From a virus, in the IMG/VR virus record IMGVR_UViG_3300043427_001988, positions 4,927-68,926 of that record: a stretch of DNA of 64,000 nt; one strand, written 5' to 3'. The number at the start of each line of letters is the position of its first letter. Position 1 is the first letter of the stretch. Positions 24,928 to 34,530 of this stretch are shown in pieces. The notes under the pieces are model-generated. The model saw nothing but the letters and a program-made list of their open reading frames with translations. It did no database searches and was not told where the DNA came from. Both the position numbers and the translations under genes were made by a program.

Positions 24928-25253
24928 TACTTCCCCCACTTTCCTCGTTGTAATACTAATGCAATTATAGCATAATTCGCCAGGTCAAGCAAGTTATCCT
25001 CAATACTTTCATTCTTTGGCGAACGTTTACCCTTGAATTCCCCCGTCGTAATATCGAATCCATAAAGATTCATTAGGCGGGCTGTTTTATCCCAGATGCG
25101 AACGACCGCACCAACTTCTCCAGTGCCCAGCATATTGTAGGGCGAGTAGTCAATGTTTTTGACGGTGAGAATATGACGAAGTGTTTCAATAATCTCGTCA
25201 ATCTCAGCCTCTTGTTCTGGGAACGGTGCATACGCAGTCTTCTTCTCGCTCAT
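24927..25253 (-). CDS. DUF1599/nucleotide-modification-associated domain (Nmad1-like) protein
   Basis: KNIDY...VRIWDKTARL...ESIEDNLLDLANYAII. Confidence 0.8.
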   Translation of the reverse strand: MSEKKTAYAPFPEQEAEIDEIIETLRHILTVKNIDYSPYNMLGTGEVGAVVRIWDKTARLMNLYGFDITTGEFKGKRSPKNESIEDNLLDLANYAIIALVLQRGKWGK

Positions 25254-25311
25254 AATACCTCCATAAAGTTTGTGAAGTTATGCCCCTCAACACAACTTAA
25301 CAACATGACTA

Positions 25312-25547
25312 AGTATACCACAGATACTTTTGCGTGTCAAGTACTTTCAAAAAAAAAATCCCCCTATATACCCCCTAGTAATATAACTAGAATAATAATT
25401 ATAATAATATAAATAAAACAATAGTAATATAACTATATTAATAACTAGGGTTAATAGCCCCGGGGGCTTATCCAGATTATATCACATCTTGAAAGTTTTG
25501 TCAAGTACTTTTGTACACTTGACTTTTTTTCAATTGCGTAGTATAAT
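25312..25547. promoter_or_regulatory. divergent promoter region, AT-rich
   Basis: Minus: TTGACA-17-TATACT (25340-25312) and TTGACA-17-TATAAT (25504-25476); plus: TTGACT-17-TATAAT (25519-25547). Confidence 0.85.
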
Positions 25548-25591
25548 TTTAGTGGGGTAATATTATACCCTCTATTTATACAGGAGTTATT

Positions 25592-25966
25592 ATGAAAAAA
25601 TGTATTATTTGCGATAATTTTGTAGTACGGAATACGCAATTCTGTAGCGAGTGTAGTATATTATATCAGGGGATGGAACAAGAACAATGGTTTAAAGACC
25701 TCGCAACAATGATGAAAAAGCAGCGTTATATTGATGATATGGAACGATTTAGTCTACACAATGTAGAAAATGGTCGTAGGGTTAAAGCACGGAGAGCGAA
25801 GATAGGAAGACCCCCAGTTCCTTTGATTGTAAAAGAATTAATTTTATCTATTTACAGAGGAGACCATGTATTATCCTTACGCGAAATTGAAAAGATTTGT
25901 AAGAACAGCGGTGTGTCGGTTTCTATAGGAACTATCCGCAAAATACTTCTTGAGTATAAAGAATAA
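25592..25966 (+). CDS. zinc finger plus HTH DNA-binding protein
   Basis: CIIC..CSEC; GRPP...LSLREIEK...VSIGTIRKIL. Confidence 0.7.
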   Translation: MKKCIICDNFVVRNTQFCSECSILYQGMEQEQWFKDLATMMKKQRYIDDMERFSLHNVENGRRVKARRAKIGRPPVPLIVKELILSIYRGDHVLSLREIEKICKNSGVSVSIGTIRKILLEYKE

Positions 25967-26658
25967 TGTTCCGCAAATATTACTATTACTATCTCAGAGA
26001 CCCAGGTACAGAAGAAATTCGGTACATAGGAATTACACTACGTCCTAAAGATAGGTATTACGACCACATACATGATGCAAAAACAGGTAAAGAGAAAAAT
26101 ACATGGAAAGCAAACTGGATAAAAAGTTTACTTGCGCAGAATAAAAAACCGCGCATGGATATTTTTCGCGTATTTATAACGAATACTGCTGATGAGGCAT
26201 ATAACCTAGAGCAGGATTTACTTGAAGAGCATTTTAAAAACGGACACAATCTTGTAAATGTTTTAAAAGTCCCCTATTCAGGCAGTAATCCAGGCAGTGT
26301 ACGCAAGAAAGTTTATCAGTACGATGGGGTTACTGGTGAATTTATACAAGAGTTTCCTAGTGTAAGTGACGCATCAAGAGCAGTTAATGCAAAGATTGAC
26401 GGTAGCGTTCGTCGTCCTGGTAAAAGTATAGCAGGCGGTTACTGCTGGTCTTTTGATAAAAAGGAGCGTATCGTTATTTCCATTATACCACGCGGGAGAC
26501 CCTCAATGCCGGATATTGTAAGAAATTCAATCCAAGATTTATACAGAGAAAATCCTTCGCTATCCGTTAGACAGTTATGGAGGCTTTGTAAATCGAAGGG
26601 GTTTAATGTATCTCGAGAAACTGTAAGAAGTTTAATGAATGCTGTAAAATTAACATAA
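25966..26658 (+). CDS. GIY-YIG homing endonuclease with NUMOD1 and HTH
   Basis: YYYLRDP..IRYIG..R..H; KVYQYD..GEFIQEFPSVSDASR. Confidence 0.85.
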   Translation: MFRKYYYYYLRDPGTEEIRYIGITLRPKDRYYDHIHDAKTGKEKNTWKANWIKSLLAQNKKPRMDIFRVFITNTADEAYNLEQDLLEEHFKNGHNLVNVLKVPYSGSNPGSVRKKVYQYDGVTGEFIQEFPSVSDASRAVNAKIDGSVRRPGKSIAGGYCWSFDKKERIVISIIPRGRPSMPDIVRNSIQDLYRENPSLSVRQLWRLCKSKGFNVSRETVRSLMNAVKLT

Positions 26659-26720
26659 ACTTAACCTGCTGTATAAAAACAGAGTAGAAGAGTGTAGAGA
26701 TATTTTTTTTAGGAGGTTCC

Positions 26721-27506
26721 ATGGGAATTAATGTTCCGAGTTCAACGCCCATTACTATTTCTGCTGTACAGGCGAATGATGAGTATTATCAAACGTTTAC
26801 AATTGCAAATAGTGTCGGCGAGTTAATTACCGAAGCAACGCCACTTCCTGTGGCCGTATCCGTTTCAGGATACTCAGGAACAGCTTCAACGTATCAGGGA
26901 ACGGTTGTTCCTATTGGCGGTGTCTACATCAACGATATGGCTGGTGGCGATTTTGTGGAAATGCTTGACGGTGAGGTAGGCACTGTGCGTGTAAATTCAC
27001 GCAGAGCTATGCTTACTGCCTCAGATGGGCAAGTAACAATTTTAAATAATTCCGCCATCACTAACTTTCACGACACAGTAGTAGCTTCTGGTACATTTGA
27101 TGGTAATGTAGTTCCTGCATACGCAGGTTTCTTTACGTACACAAATAGTAATTCAGAGCGGCATGTCTACATCCCAATTTCCCGCGCTGGATTTCGGCGA
27201 TTAAACTTGTTTTTCCGACACACGCTACTTAATGACTCAACGAGTACTGGGGCAGTTGTTCCAATTAGTGTGTATTTAGACTTTGGGCAATTTGATACTG
27301 ACTTCCCTGTGTATTACGGCACTGTTAGTGGTGTTGCTGGTGATTCAGTAAGTCGTGCGTTTCTCAGCTATCAGCCAACAACTTCTGGTGTAAACTACCA
27401 GTACATGCCTGAGTTTGATAGCCCAGTAGCAGGGATTATTTTTACACTTGCACCAAGTGAGTCAGTTACTGGAGCCTTTGAATTATACGCGAGTAAGTCA
27501 GCATAG
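26721..27506 (+). CDS. probable virion structural protein
   Basis: Beta-rich S/T/G composition; AGGAGG RBS; first gene of head region. Confidence 0.5.
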   Translation: MGINVPSSTPITISAVQANDEYYQTFTIANSVGELITEATPLPVAVSVSGYSGTASTYQGTVVPIGGVYINDMAGGDFVEMLDGEVGTVRVNSRRAMLTASDGQVTILNNSAITNFHDTVVASGTFDGNVVPAYAGFFTYTNSNSERHVYIPISRAGFRRLNLFFRHTLLNDSTSTGAVVPISVYLDFGQFDTDFPVYYGTVSGVAGDSVSRAFLSYQPTTSGVNYQYMPEFDSPVAGIIFTLAPSESVTGAFELYASKSA

Positions 27507-27514
27507 GAGTTTCA

Positions 27515-28075
27515 ATGAGAGTTGGACAGTTTGTAGAATGGGATTCCTCGGGAGGTACAGCCCGCGGGAAAATTACCCAAATTATCCGTAATGGAACTGT
27601 ACCAAACATTGACGCTAAGATTACAGGCACGAAAGAAGCCCCCGCTGCGCGTATTCAAGTATACCGAGAAGATTCAGATGGTAACTATGAAGCAACAGAT
27701 ACATTTGTAGGGCATAAGCTCACAGAACTTCGAGGCATTAAATCACTCGCTGAGGATGAGATGCTTAATAACAGACAGCGCATGTTAATCGAATCGTATA
27801 TTACTACAGTAGAATATATGGGTATGTTTAACAAGGGCGTTGGTGCTGATGGAGCGCATTACATCCCAGCAGAAAAGAATGTGTTTGCATCTGAAGGTAT
27901 TGCCTGTAAGAACTGTGTATTCTACGCAGAGGACTCTGGTTCATGTTCCATCGTTAGTGGCGAGATTGAAGAAAACGCCGCATGTAAACTTTGGGTTATT
28001 GAAGAGGAATACTTAGGCACAGGTATGCCTGAGGAAGAAGACAATGAGGAGGACGACGATGAGCAAGTACTCTAA
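27515..28075 (+). CDS. head-region protein with HiPIP-like Cys domain
   Basis: N-terminal GQFVEWDSSGG..G.I; C-terminal CKNCVFY..CSIVSGEI....CKLW. Confidence 0.65.
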   Translation: MRVGQFVEWDSSGGTARGKITQIIRNGTVPNIDAKITGTKEAPAARIQVYREDSDGNYEATDTFVGHKLTELRGIKSLAEDEMLNNRQRMLIESYITTVEYMGMFNKGVGADGAHYIPAEKNVFASEGIACKNCVFYAEDSGSCSIVSGEIEENAACKLWVIEEEYLGTGMPEEEDNEEDDDEQVL

Positions 28076-29276
28076 CATTAACTTTAATCCTCCAGAGGGT
28101 GTTCGCAGTGCCGCAAAACGCGGATTAGAGTTGCACGAGAAAGGCCTAAGTGGTGGTGGGTTAGAAGCCGCAACCGTTGCTTGGGCGAGAAAATACGTTA
28201 GTGGTGACAATGTCAGCCCAGAACGCGCTCGTATGGGTAACCGATTCTTTGGGAGAAATGCACGGTTTGCGAAAGCACCGAAAGATTCTCCGGCATGGGT
28301 CAGTTGGCTTTTATGGGGTGGCGGTGCTGGTAGAGCATGGTTCGCCAGTTTAGTGAGGCAAATGGATAACGCAGACAAAGCAAAATCAAGTGCGTCAACG
28401 ACAGTCAACGGATACCTTCGCTTGGCTGAGGATTATACGCACCCACTTCATAAAGTTGTAGAGATGATTCTGACCGACTTTGAGGTAAACGCAAACAACG
28501 AGGCAATTCCTCAATCCGAGACGGTCAACATTATTCGCACCGCGAAGTACTCACCAATTAAGATTGCAGCTTCAAAGGCTTCTTATGGTGGACACGACGG
28601 TGCAATTCCTATCGGGCCTATTATTGATGTGTACGAAGGTACATATAAAGACAAGCTCGTAATTATGGCGAAAGCCCTTATCTGGAGTGATGAATTCTCA
28701 GATATATATTCGCTCCTCAAATCAGAAGCAGGGGAGCGTGAATATATAGGTACTTCTTGGGAGTTATACCATCAAGGTTCGGAAGAGATTGACGGCGTAA
28801 CGTGGCTCAAGAATGTAACCTTTGCGGGAACGTGTATTGTAAACAGCCCTGCATATGGTGAACGTACTAAATTATTAAAGGTTGCAGAAAACAAGAAAAT
28901 GGAAGAATTACAAAAAGAACTGGAGCTTATTAAAGCTTCACTTGCCGAGAAGGAGGCAGAATTAGATGGCTTACGGAAAGAAAACGAAACCTTCAAAGAA
29001 GCCGATGAGCGGCGGAAGCAAGCCGAAAAGAAGCAGAGCGTAGTCACGCGTCTGGCTCAAGCAGGTTTTAGTGAGGCTGAGATTCAAGAAAAACTTGATT
29101 TTTACCTTACACTCAACGATGAAACCCTTGACGTTATTGTAAAGGATTTCTCGAAAATCAAACGCAGTGAATCAAGTCAAAAACCTGATGTAGCAATTCC
29201 GGAGCCTCGTGAGCCCGATGCCGTGTTGGACCCTGCTACAATCGCTCGAGAACTTAAGAAGATTATTCGTAAGTAA
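28059..29276 (+). CDS. prohead protease/scaffold protein
   Basis: H...PIG, TSWE, G..IVNSPAY protease pattern; coiled-coil C-terminus; N-terminal SWLLWGG domain. Confidence 0.7.
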   Translation: MSKYSNINFNPPEGVRSAAKRGLELHEKGLSGGGLEAATVAWARKYVSGDNVSPERARMGNRFFGRNARFAKAPKDSPAWVSWLLWGGGAGRAWFASLVRQMDNADKAKSSASTTVNGYLRLAEDYTHPLHKVVEMILTDFEVNANNEAIPQSETVNIIRTAKYSPIKIAASKASYGGHDGAIPIGPIIDVYEGTYKDKLVIMAKALIWSDEFSDIYSLLKSEAGEREYIGTSWELYHQGSEEIDGVTWLKNVTFAGTCIVNSPAYGERTKLLKVAENKKMEELQKELELIKASLAEKEAELDGLRKENETFKEADERRKQAEKKQSVVTRLAQAGFSEAEIQEKLDFYLTLNDETLDVIVKDFSKIKRSESSQKPDVAIPEPREPDAVLDPATIARELKKIIRK

Positions 29277-29503
29277 TGCCTTACGATTACCGAGAGAACG
29301 AGGGAAGGATTTTTGATTACTGCGTGTACCGCCAGGGAGATGAGAAACCGATGCAGTGTTTTGAAACTGCGGAGGAAGCCCAGGCGTACTGGATGGCTCT
29401 GACAATTGCAGATGCTACGTCTTCTGAAGCTGGTACAAAAGAGTACTCTCCAAAAGAACTCGCCGCATTTATTAAGGAATCGCTAAAAAATAAATGGCGG
29501 TAA
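29276..29503 (+). CDS. hypothetical protein
   Basis: Coupled ORF; C-terminus resembles the scaffold end. Confidence 0.6.
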   Translation: MPYDYRENEGRIFDYCVYRQGDEKPMQCFETAEEAQAYWMALTIADATSSEAGTKEYSPKELAAFIKESLKNKWR

Positions 29504-30030
29504 TTGTATCCGCACGGTATACAACGCAAGCGGTTGCAGGTAAGCATTCTGTAATTGAGGGACGAGCAGTGGTACTCACGAACGCCTATGCTGTAGGTGA
29601 CTTACCTGGTGTGGAATATCCAGACCACGTAAACCCAACGCGCGTATGGGTTGCGATGATGCCATCAGACAACTTCCCGCTACCAACTCCGCACGATTTA
29701 TTCACTGCACCATCCACGCGAAGTTACCGAGTTACTGACCCTGCGATTTACACAAACCCAATACTAACGGGAGAGGATTGGTTAATCCCTCATTCAGCAA
29801 TAGCTGTTCCTGTTATTCACCATTATGAGAAAGTTGCGCTAGTACGAGGAGTTGTTGGTATTACTATTGAATGTTACCAAGAAAGCGTAGAAGTAGAAAC
29901 TCCGGGAGCTTTACTCGCAATCAATCCAAATGGGTTGTTTAGAAAATCAGATAAAAATCATCCCATTGTTGTAGCGCAGACCGTGTATTATTCACACAGT
30001 ACTGGAATGCTTTACATCAACGTATTTTAA
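29494..30030 (+). CDS. capsid decoration-like protein, paralog 1
   Basis: Alignable with 30078-30605 (EGRAVV, DLP.V.Y, P.DNFP.PT). Confidence 0.6.
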   Translation: MAVIVSARYTTQAVAGKHSVIEGRAVVLTNAYAVGDLPGVEYPDHVNPTRVWVAMMPSDNFPLPTPHDLFTAPSTRSYRVTDPAIYTNPILTGEDWLIPHSAIAVPVIHHYEKVALVRGVVGITIECYQESVEVETPGALLAINPNGLFRKSDKNHPIVVAQTVYYSHSTGMLYINVF

Positions 30031-30077
30031 CCCGTAGGCTACGGTTTAGCCAAACTTTAAAAGAGGTATTAATAAAA

Positions 30078-30605
30078 ATGGCTGTACTTGTTACAAGTCT
30101 CCGCTCACGTCAAGGCGTGGCTGCCGCTACGATTGTAGAAGGCCGTGCTGTAGTGGTAGGTGCTTCGGGTGTCCGAAACGACCTGCCAAATGTGACGTAT
30201 GCGACGGCAAACACTGAGAAGGGCGTTTACGTGGCCTTCTTTCCCCCAGACAATTTCCCGCGCCCAACTATTGCGGATTACTACACCGCTCCGTTTATTC
30301 AAAGCTACAATTTGAATAACGCTGCATTGTACGGCGACCCAACTTTGACCCAGACGCAGTACCTTGTCCCACGTTCACAGTGGCGCGAGCCGATGGTTTA
30401 CAGCGGTGAGTTGGTTGGCTTGCATCATGGCAAGATTGGTATTACCAGCGGTTGTTTCATCGCCTCTGCCGATATTCGCGTACCTGGAAACAAGATTAAG
30501 GTTGCCGCCAGCGGTCTTTTTGAGTACACCTCAGGCACCTACGCCGTTGGTGAAATTGACCGTTACGATGCCCAGACCGACACGTTGTACATTATCCTTT
30601 ACTAA
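30078..30605 (+). CDS. capsid decoration-like protein, paralog 2
   Basis: Directly upstream of the major capsid gene. Confidence 0.65.
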   Translation: MAVLVTSLRSRQGVAAATIVEGRAVVVGASGVRNDLPNVTYATANTEKGVYVAFFPPDNFPRPTIADYYTAPFIQSYNLNNAALYGDPTLTQTQYLVPRSQWREPMVYSGELVGLHHGKIGITSGCFIASADIRVPGNKIKVAASGLFEYTSGTYAVGEIDRYDAQTDTLYIILY

Positions 30606-30628
30606 CTTTGGAGAATATAAAAGAAAAA

Positions 30629-31579
30629 ATGGAAAAGAACGATACTTTGAAGGCATTGGCAGAGATGGCTAAGACTGCGGGTCAAAGTCCCTTTGGTAAG
30701 TCAGCCTTCGCAGAAACAATTATTCAGTTGGTAGAGCCGAACCACTTGTCACTTGACTTGTTCAGCACCTTCATGCCAACTCGACAGGCCGCTCTTGGCG
30801 ATACGATTATTAAGCGTGTTCGTCGCGGTCGTTATGGTGTGCAGACGATGGTTCCTGGCACCAATCACTTGGTGTCGCAACCAACCGATGTACAAGATTA
30901 CCACACTTACGTATTTGACCGCCTTATTGGTGGTGTACGTGAGTCAACGTGGAATCTTCGTAATGGCGACTTGACCACGATTGATGGTATGCGTCAGCAG
31001 TTGCAGTTTGACCTTACGGACAACTTGATTGCAAAGGTGTTCAATCTCTTGACCTCGGTCTGGAACACAACTGACACCCCATCAAACTACGTTGAGACCG
31101 CTTCACTTACGTACCCAACTTTGGATACGATGATTGAGAACATTCTTGACTTCTCGGGCGATGTACGGGCCATTATCGGTACTCGTAGAGCTTTGCTCCC
31201 AATCTATCAGTTCGCTGGCTGGCGTGAGTATCAGTACATGGATAACACCATCAGTGATATTGCCTATCCAGTAACTCCTAAGTTGCTCGAGTACCTCAAC
31301 ACCAACCGCGTTTCAACCTACAAGGGTATTACGCTTGTTGAGCTGCCACAGGTGTTCAAGAACCAGCTTCCAAACATGCGCGAGCGTTTGATTCCTGACG
31401 ACAAGATTCTTGTTGTTGGTGGAAACGCTGGTGAGATTCTCATGTACGGTGGCGTGGAGTTCCAGGATTACACCGACATGACCATTCAACCCGCCGACTA
31501 TATCCTCAACGCGTGGATGTCATACGGTATGATTGTTGATATGCCAGAGAATTTGGGTGTCATTAAGTTGACTGCTTAG
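30629..31579 (+). CDS. major capsid protein
   Basis: Position, size, HK97-like C-terminus (YKGITLV...GVIKLT), terminator after it. Confidence 0.8.
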   Translation: MEKNDTLKALAEMAKTAGQSPFGKSAFAETIIQLVEPNHLSLDLFSTFMPTRQAALGDTIIKRVRRGRYGVQTMVPGTNHLVSQPTDVQDYHTYVFDRLIGGVRESTWNLRNGDLTTIDGMRQQLQFDLTDNLIAKVFNLLTSVWNTTDTPSNYVETASLTYPTLDTMIENILDFSGDVRAIIGTRRALLPIYQFAGWREYQYMDNTISDIAYPVTPKLLEYLNTNRVSTYKGITLVELPQVFKNQLPNMRERLIPDDKILVVGGNAGEILMYGGVEFQDYTDMTIQPADYILNAWMSYGMIVDMPENLGVIKLTA

Positions 31580-31593
31580 TATAAAGAAAAGGA

Positions 31594-31617
31594 GTGGGGG
31601 AGCTTTGCTCCCCTTTA
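31594..31617 (+). terminator. hairpin after capsid gene
   Basis: GGGGAGC-TTT-GCTCCCC-TTT. Confidence 0.65.
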
Positions 31618-31623
31618 AAGGAT

Positions 31624-32133
31624 ATGTCTAAAGAAAATATTTATCCAGAACTTGCTGATAAAGTGGTAAAACGGTACGCAAAGGTACCAGTGCATATGGT
31701 CTCAGGCTTCCGCATTGACCCGTATGATACCCGTAAACAAGTCGCGTGGTTGCTCGCAACACGACCTGAGAACTACGATGTGAAGACAAAAGCCCGCACG
31801 TTTGAATACGAGGACGAGGTTATTGAACTCTATAGTGAGTTTGAGGCTGAGGCGTTTATCCGTCTTAATCGAAAATTGATTGCGCAAGGACTTCTCAAAG
31901 TTTATGAAGGTGTGAATAATCAAGTGAATGAAGTAAATACCATGAGTGATACACAGGTACTTGAGATTATTAATATCCGCGCAAATACTGATTTTCAGAA
32001 CGAGCTTGAAAAGATTACAAGCCCACTCACTCTTATTCGCATGAAACATATGGCAACCGATGCGGGAAAGTCAATCAAGCGTATTCAAATGATTGATTCT
32101 CGTATTGAGGTGCTTGACAATGGCAATAATTAA
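31624..32133 (+). CDS. hypothetical protein (head region)
   Basis: Start revised to MSKENI. Confidence 0.7.
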   Translation: MSKENIYPELADKVVKRYAKVPVHMVSGFRIDPYDTRKQVAWLLATRPENYDVKTKARTFEYEDEVIELYSEFEAEAFIRLNRKLIAQGLLKVYEGVNNQVNEVNTMSDTQVLEIINIRANTDFQNELEKITSPLTLIRMKHMATDAGKSIKRIQMIDSRIEVLDNGNN

Positions 32134-32500
32134 CCCAAACGATATTTTACTTATTCGGCAGAAAGCAGAGGAGTTTCTTTTAAGCACTGCTGAACTTTAC
32201 CGCTATCAAGGTACCACCGCCGTAGATGGTGAAATTACCGTAGCATATAGCGAGCCTGAAGCTATTCAATGTAGAATTATTAATCGCTCAGGTGACGTGA
32301 CCAGTTCCGTGGCTGCTCAGTTTAGAGCACTTCAACAATCAACCGCCCGCCAACTATACCGATTACAGATTCCATATTCATTAACGGTAAATATTAAAGA
32401 TAGAATTAAATACAATGGGCGGTTTTACGATATTAAATATGTTCCCATCAAACATGAAATGATGGGCGCACAAATACTCTTCATTGAGGAGCTTGACTAA
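32120..32500 (+). CDS. head closure/head-tail adaptor
   Basis: IKDRIKYNGRFYDI pattern; position. Confidence 0.7.
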   Translation: MAIINPNDILLIRQKAEEFLLSTAELYRYQGTTAVDGEITVAYSEPEAIQCRIINRSGDVTSSVAAQFRALQQSTARQLYRLQIPYSLTVNIKDRIKYNGRFYDIKYVPIKHEMMGAQILFIEELD

Positions 32501-33567
32501 TGGCACAGGCGTTTAATCTCCAGATTCAACCAACGCTGAAAACAAAAAATATGGGAATTATCAACGGTATTGCCCAGTTTGTAGAAAATAGTGAAATTAT
32601 GCGGTATGAGTTGGAGAAACGTTCTTTGCGAGCTGCAAAAGAGGTTGCTCCTGAACGGGCTGGCGGTCTTAAGAAAGCAATTGAAATTTCTAAGTCCACT
32701 CCAAATGGGTTTACTTTAGGTGTTAGCAATAGCATTAGTTCAGGTAAAGCCGCGGTACGCACCACAAAAACTTATACAGGAGTACTTAACTACAGCTCAA
32801 CTCCTGAAAAATATCGCCCGAAGTTTTTAAAAAGACGTAAAATAGAAAAGCCTAGTAGGTATAAAGATGACCCGGATGACTTTTTTAATGTCCTTGAAAA
32901 ATCATCTGAAGAGTACGCAAAAGACATGGACTCGTATAATCAGGCGGTGAAGGAAGAGGATGACCGCGTAAACGCACTTTTGAGCAAAGGATACTTAAAA
33001 AAGTATAAAGTTACTAAATCGTTTCAACGCGGTAAAAACTATAACCCATATAGAGACGGCGGTGGTAAAATTCGTGCGAATATGCAAGAGTTTGGGTATC
33101 CATATAAAACAACGTACTGGGGTCCGTATAAACCAAACCCAAATGCTAAAAAGGGTCCTGAAGGTAAAGGTTATCTACGCTTAGGACAAGTACTTGCAGC
33201 GAAATCCCTAACGAAGGACTCGGTAAACTACAATGTTAATGTTACAGACGCGGAAGTAGTCCGTTACGAGAAAACAATTGAAGCCGAGATGGTAAAAGCC
33301 TACACTAAGCTTCTTGCAAAATATTTACGCGGGCAAAAACTCCCCGCGTACTACAAAGGAATTGATAAATTAAAGCAGAAAGCACCAATTCCAGACAGAG
33401 CTTTGGCTTATGGTAATGTTACAAACATTAACATTGACTTACCATTACAATTCCCTGAAAACCCCTACTCGTGGATGAATCTCGGAAATAAACTTAAAGG
33501 CGTGACTACGTCGCTCAATCAAAATCGTCCATTTGAGCCTGGCTTTAGTTTTTTAATTGATGAGTAA
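32500..33567 (+). CDS. neck protein (HK97 gp10-like, with insertions)
   Basis: AKEVAPERAGGLKKAI...QEFG motifs. Confidence 0.55.
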   Translation: MAQAFNLQIQPTLKTKNMGIINGIAQFVENSEIMRYELEKRSLRAAKEVAPERAGGLKKAIEISKSTPNGFTLGVSNSISSGKAAVRTTKTYTGVLNYSSTPEKYRPKFLKRRKIEKPSRYKDDPDDFFNVLEKSSEEYAKDMDSYNQAVKEEDDRVNALLSKGYLKKYKVTKSFQRGKNYNPYRDGGGKIRANMQEFGYPYKTTYWGPYKPNPNAKKGPEGKGYLRLGQVLAAKSLTKDSVNYNVNVTDAEVVRYEKTIEAEMVKAYTKLLAKYLRGQKLPAYYKGIDKLKQKAPIPDRALAYGNVTNINIDLPLQFPENPYSWMNLGNKLKGVTTSLNQNRPFEPGFSFLIDE

Positions 33568-33575
33568 GGAGATTT

Positions 33576-34007
33576 ATGCACGACCCCGTTCTTTACGCGA
33601 ATGTCTGGAGAATAATTGGCCGCAGTTTATCAGGCATTTTACCTACGTATAGTGGGCGTGTATATTATCAAGCGGCCCCATTAAATACAACATTTCCCAT
33701 TCTAGTCTATCAGCCGGTAGTTAATCAAGCCTACGCAAACTTAATGCTAAATGATAGTTACTGGGAAGGTGCTGTTATTTTTCGCAGTATTGCGCCGAGC
33801 TTTGTTGAAGCGCAAGAACTTTTAGGTACGGTAGCTGTGTATCTCGACGGAGTAGTAAAACCCGTTACAATTAGCGGATTAAATCCTTACACAGTGCAGT
33901 ATACGATACGCGAAACCCCGAGTTTCCCTGTAGAGCGATTGACCGACGGGTATATATACACCGCCGCAATTACTACGGAAACAGTTATATTTCCAACCGA
34001 TTATTAG
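33576..34007 (+). CDS. tail terminator protein
   Basis: GRVYYQAAP...FPILVY; precedes the tail tube gene. Confidence 0.7.
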   Translation: MHDPVLYANVWRIIGRSLSGILPTYSGRVYYQAAPLNTTFPILVYQPVVNQAYANLMLNDSYWEGAVIFRSIAPSFVEAQELLGTVAVYLDGVVKPVTISGLNPYTVQYTIRETPSFPVERLTDGYIYTAAITTETVIFPTDY

Positions 34008-34016
34008 GAGAAAAGA

Positions 34017-34463
34017 ATGACCATTATTAGAGGTCTTGACGGCTGGTTGAAGGTACGCACCAGCGCAAGCGGTTATGAGAACGTTCGCTTTGTGAGTTCA
34101 TGGAACGCCTCGTTGCAGACCGCACAGGTGGACCAAGGTCCTTTCTTGAACGATGAGGGTAAAATCTACACGTTCACGACTTCAAAGCGAATCACTGGCT
34201 CGTTTGATGTGACCTTGCCGATTAACCGTACTGATGTACACACGGCCTTGATTAATGCCGCGAACAGCGGTATTGAAGTAGGCCTTCGCCTGATTTCAAA
34301 GGGTGGGTACACTTGGACTGTTCCAAGCGGTATCCTTACAAACTATAACGTCACGAATAGTGCGGGGGACGCTGTTACCATGAGCTTTGACTTTACGGAT
34401 AACGGCGGATTTGTGGTGGAGAACTCAACGACTACCAACAGTAATACTGAGTACCCATCGTAG
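34017..34463 (+). CDS. major tail tube protein
   Basis: RGLDG..., SSWN, VTMSFDF pattern; terminator after it. Confidence 0.75.
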   Translation: MTIIRGLDGWLKVRTSASGYENVRFVSSWNASLQTAQVDQGPFLNDEGKIYTFTTSKRITGSFDVTLPINRTDVHTALINAANSGIEVGLRLISKGGYTWTVPSGILTNYNVTNSAGDAVTMSFDFTDNGGFVVENSTTTNSNTEYPS

Positions 34464-34475
34464 GTAAAACAAAAA

Positions 34476-34505
34476 TCCCCCCAGAGTATTCTGGGGGGTT
34501 AATTT
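34476..34505 (+). terminator. hairpin terminator
   Basis: CCCCCAGA-GTAT-TCTGGGGG. Confidence 0.7.
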
Positions 34506-34530
34506 ACATAGATAAAAAAGGAGTGTACAA

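Noticed and set aside
26608-26622. VSRET peptide (the translation of parS) in the GIY-YIG protein
   Set aside because: The DNA is GTATCTCGAGAAACT, not the parS palindrome; VSRET is a common HTH recognition-helix sequence.
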